The position numbers and the translations under genes are program-made. The notes beneath the pieces were generated by a model. It worked only from the letters and a program-made list of their open reading frames with translations. It was not told the origin of the DNA and searched no databases. A DNA stretch of 64,000 bases, from assembly GCA_964276515.1 (NCBI GenBank), contig OZ193909.1, positions 13,516,001 to 13,580,000 on the forward strand, read 5' to 3'. Positions 63,991 through 64,000 of the stretch are shown here, in pieces; position 1 is the stretch's first letter, and every line of letters starts with the position of its first letter. Source of the DNA: Gordius albopunctatus. Its lineage: Eukaryota.

Positions 63991-64000
63991 CTCGGGCCTT

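Overview
AT-rich, intron-containing animal (invertebrate-like) genomic DNA, densely populated by DNA transposons and MITEs. Three spliced loci were rebuilt by hand with consistent intron phases. (1) A 14-exon gene (~4.9-18.6 kb, +) encodes a signal peptide, six fibronectin type-III domains of clear neuroglian/L1CAM type and a GPI-type tail, with no Ig domains, transmembrane segment or cytoplasmic tail. (2) An intron-retaining, disabled fragment of TFIP11 lies at 29.6-34.9 kb (+). (3) A 23-exon CEP192/Spd-2 gene (41.5-59.6 kb, +) encodes ~1485 aa. Mobile DNA includes a near-intact hAT transposon with a perfect 8-bp TSD, hAT deletion derivatives and MITEs, PIF/Harbinger- and piggyBac-type MITEs, two inverted Helitron copies carrying an RTE LINE 3' end, Helentron/DINE-1-like elements (one with tandem tRNA B-box-like motifs) and two Gypsy pol fragments. 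All homology calls rest on motif recognition from memory; no database search was run.
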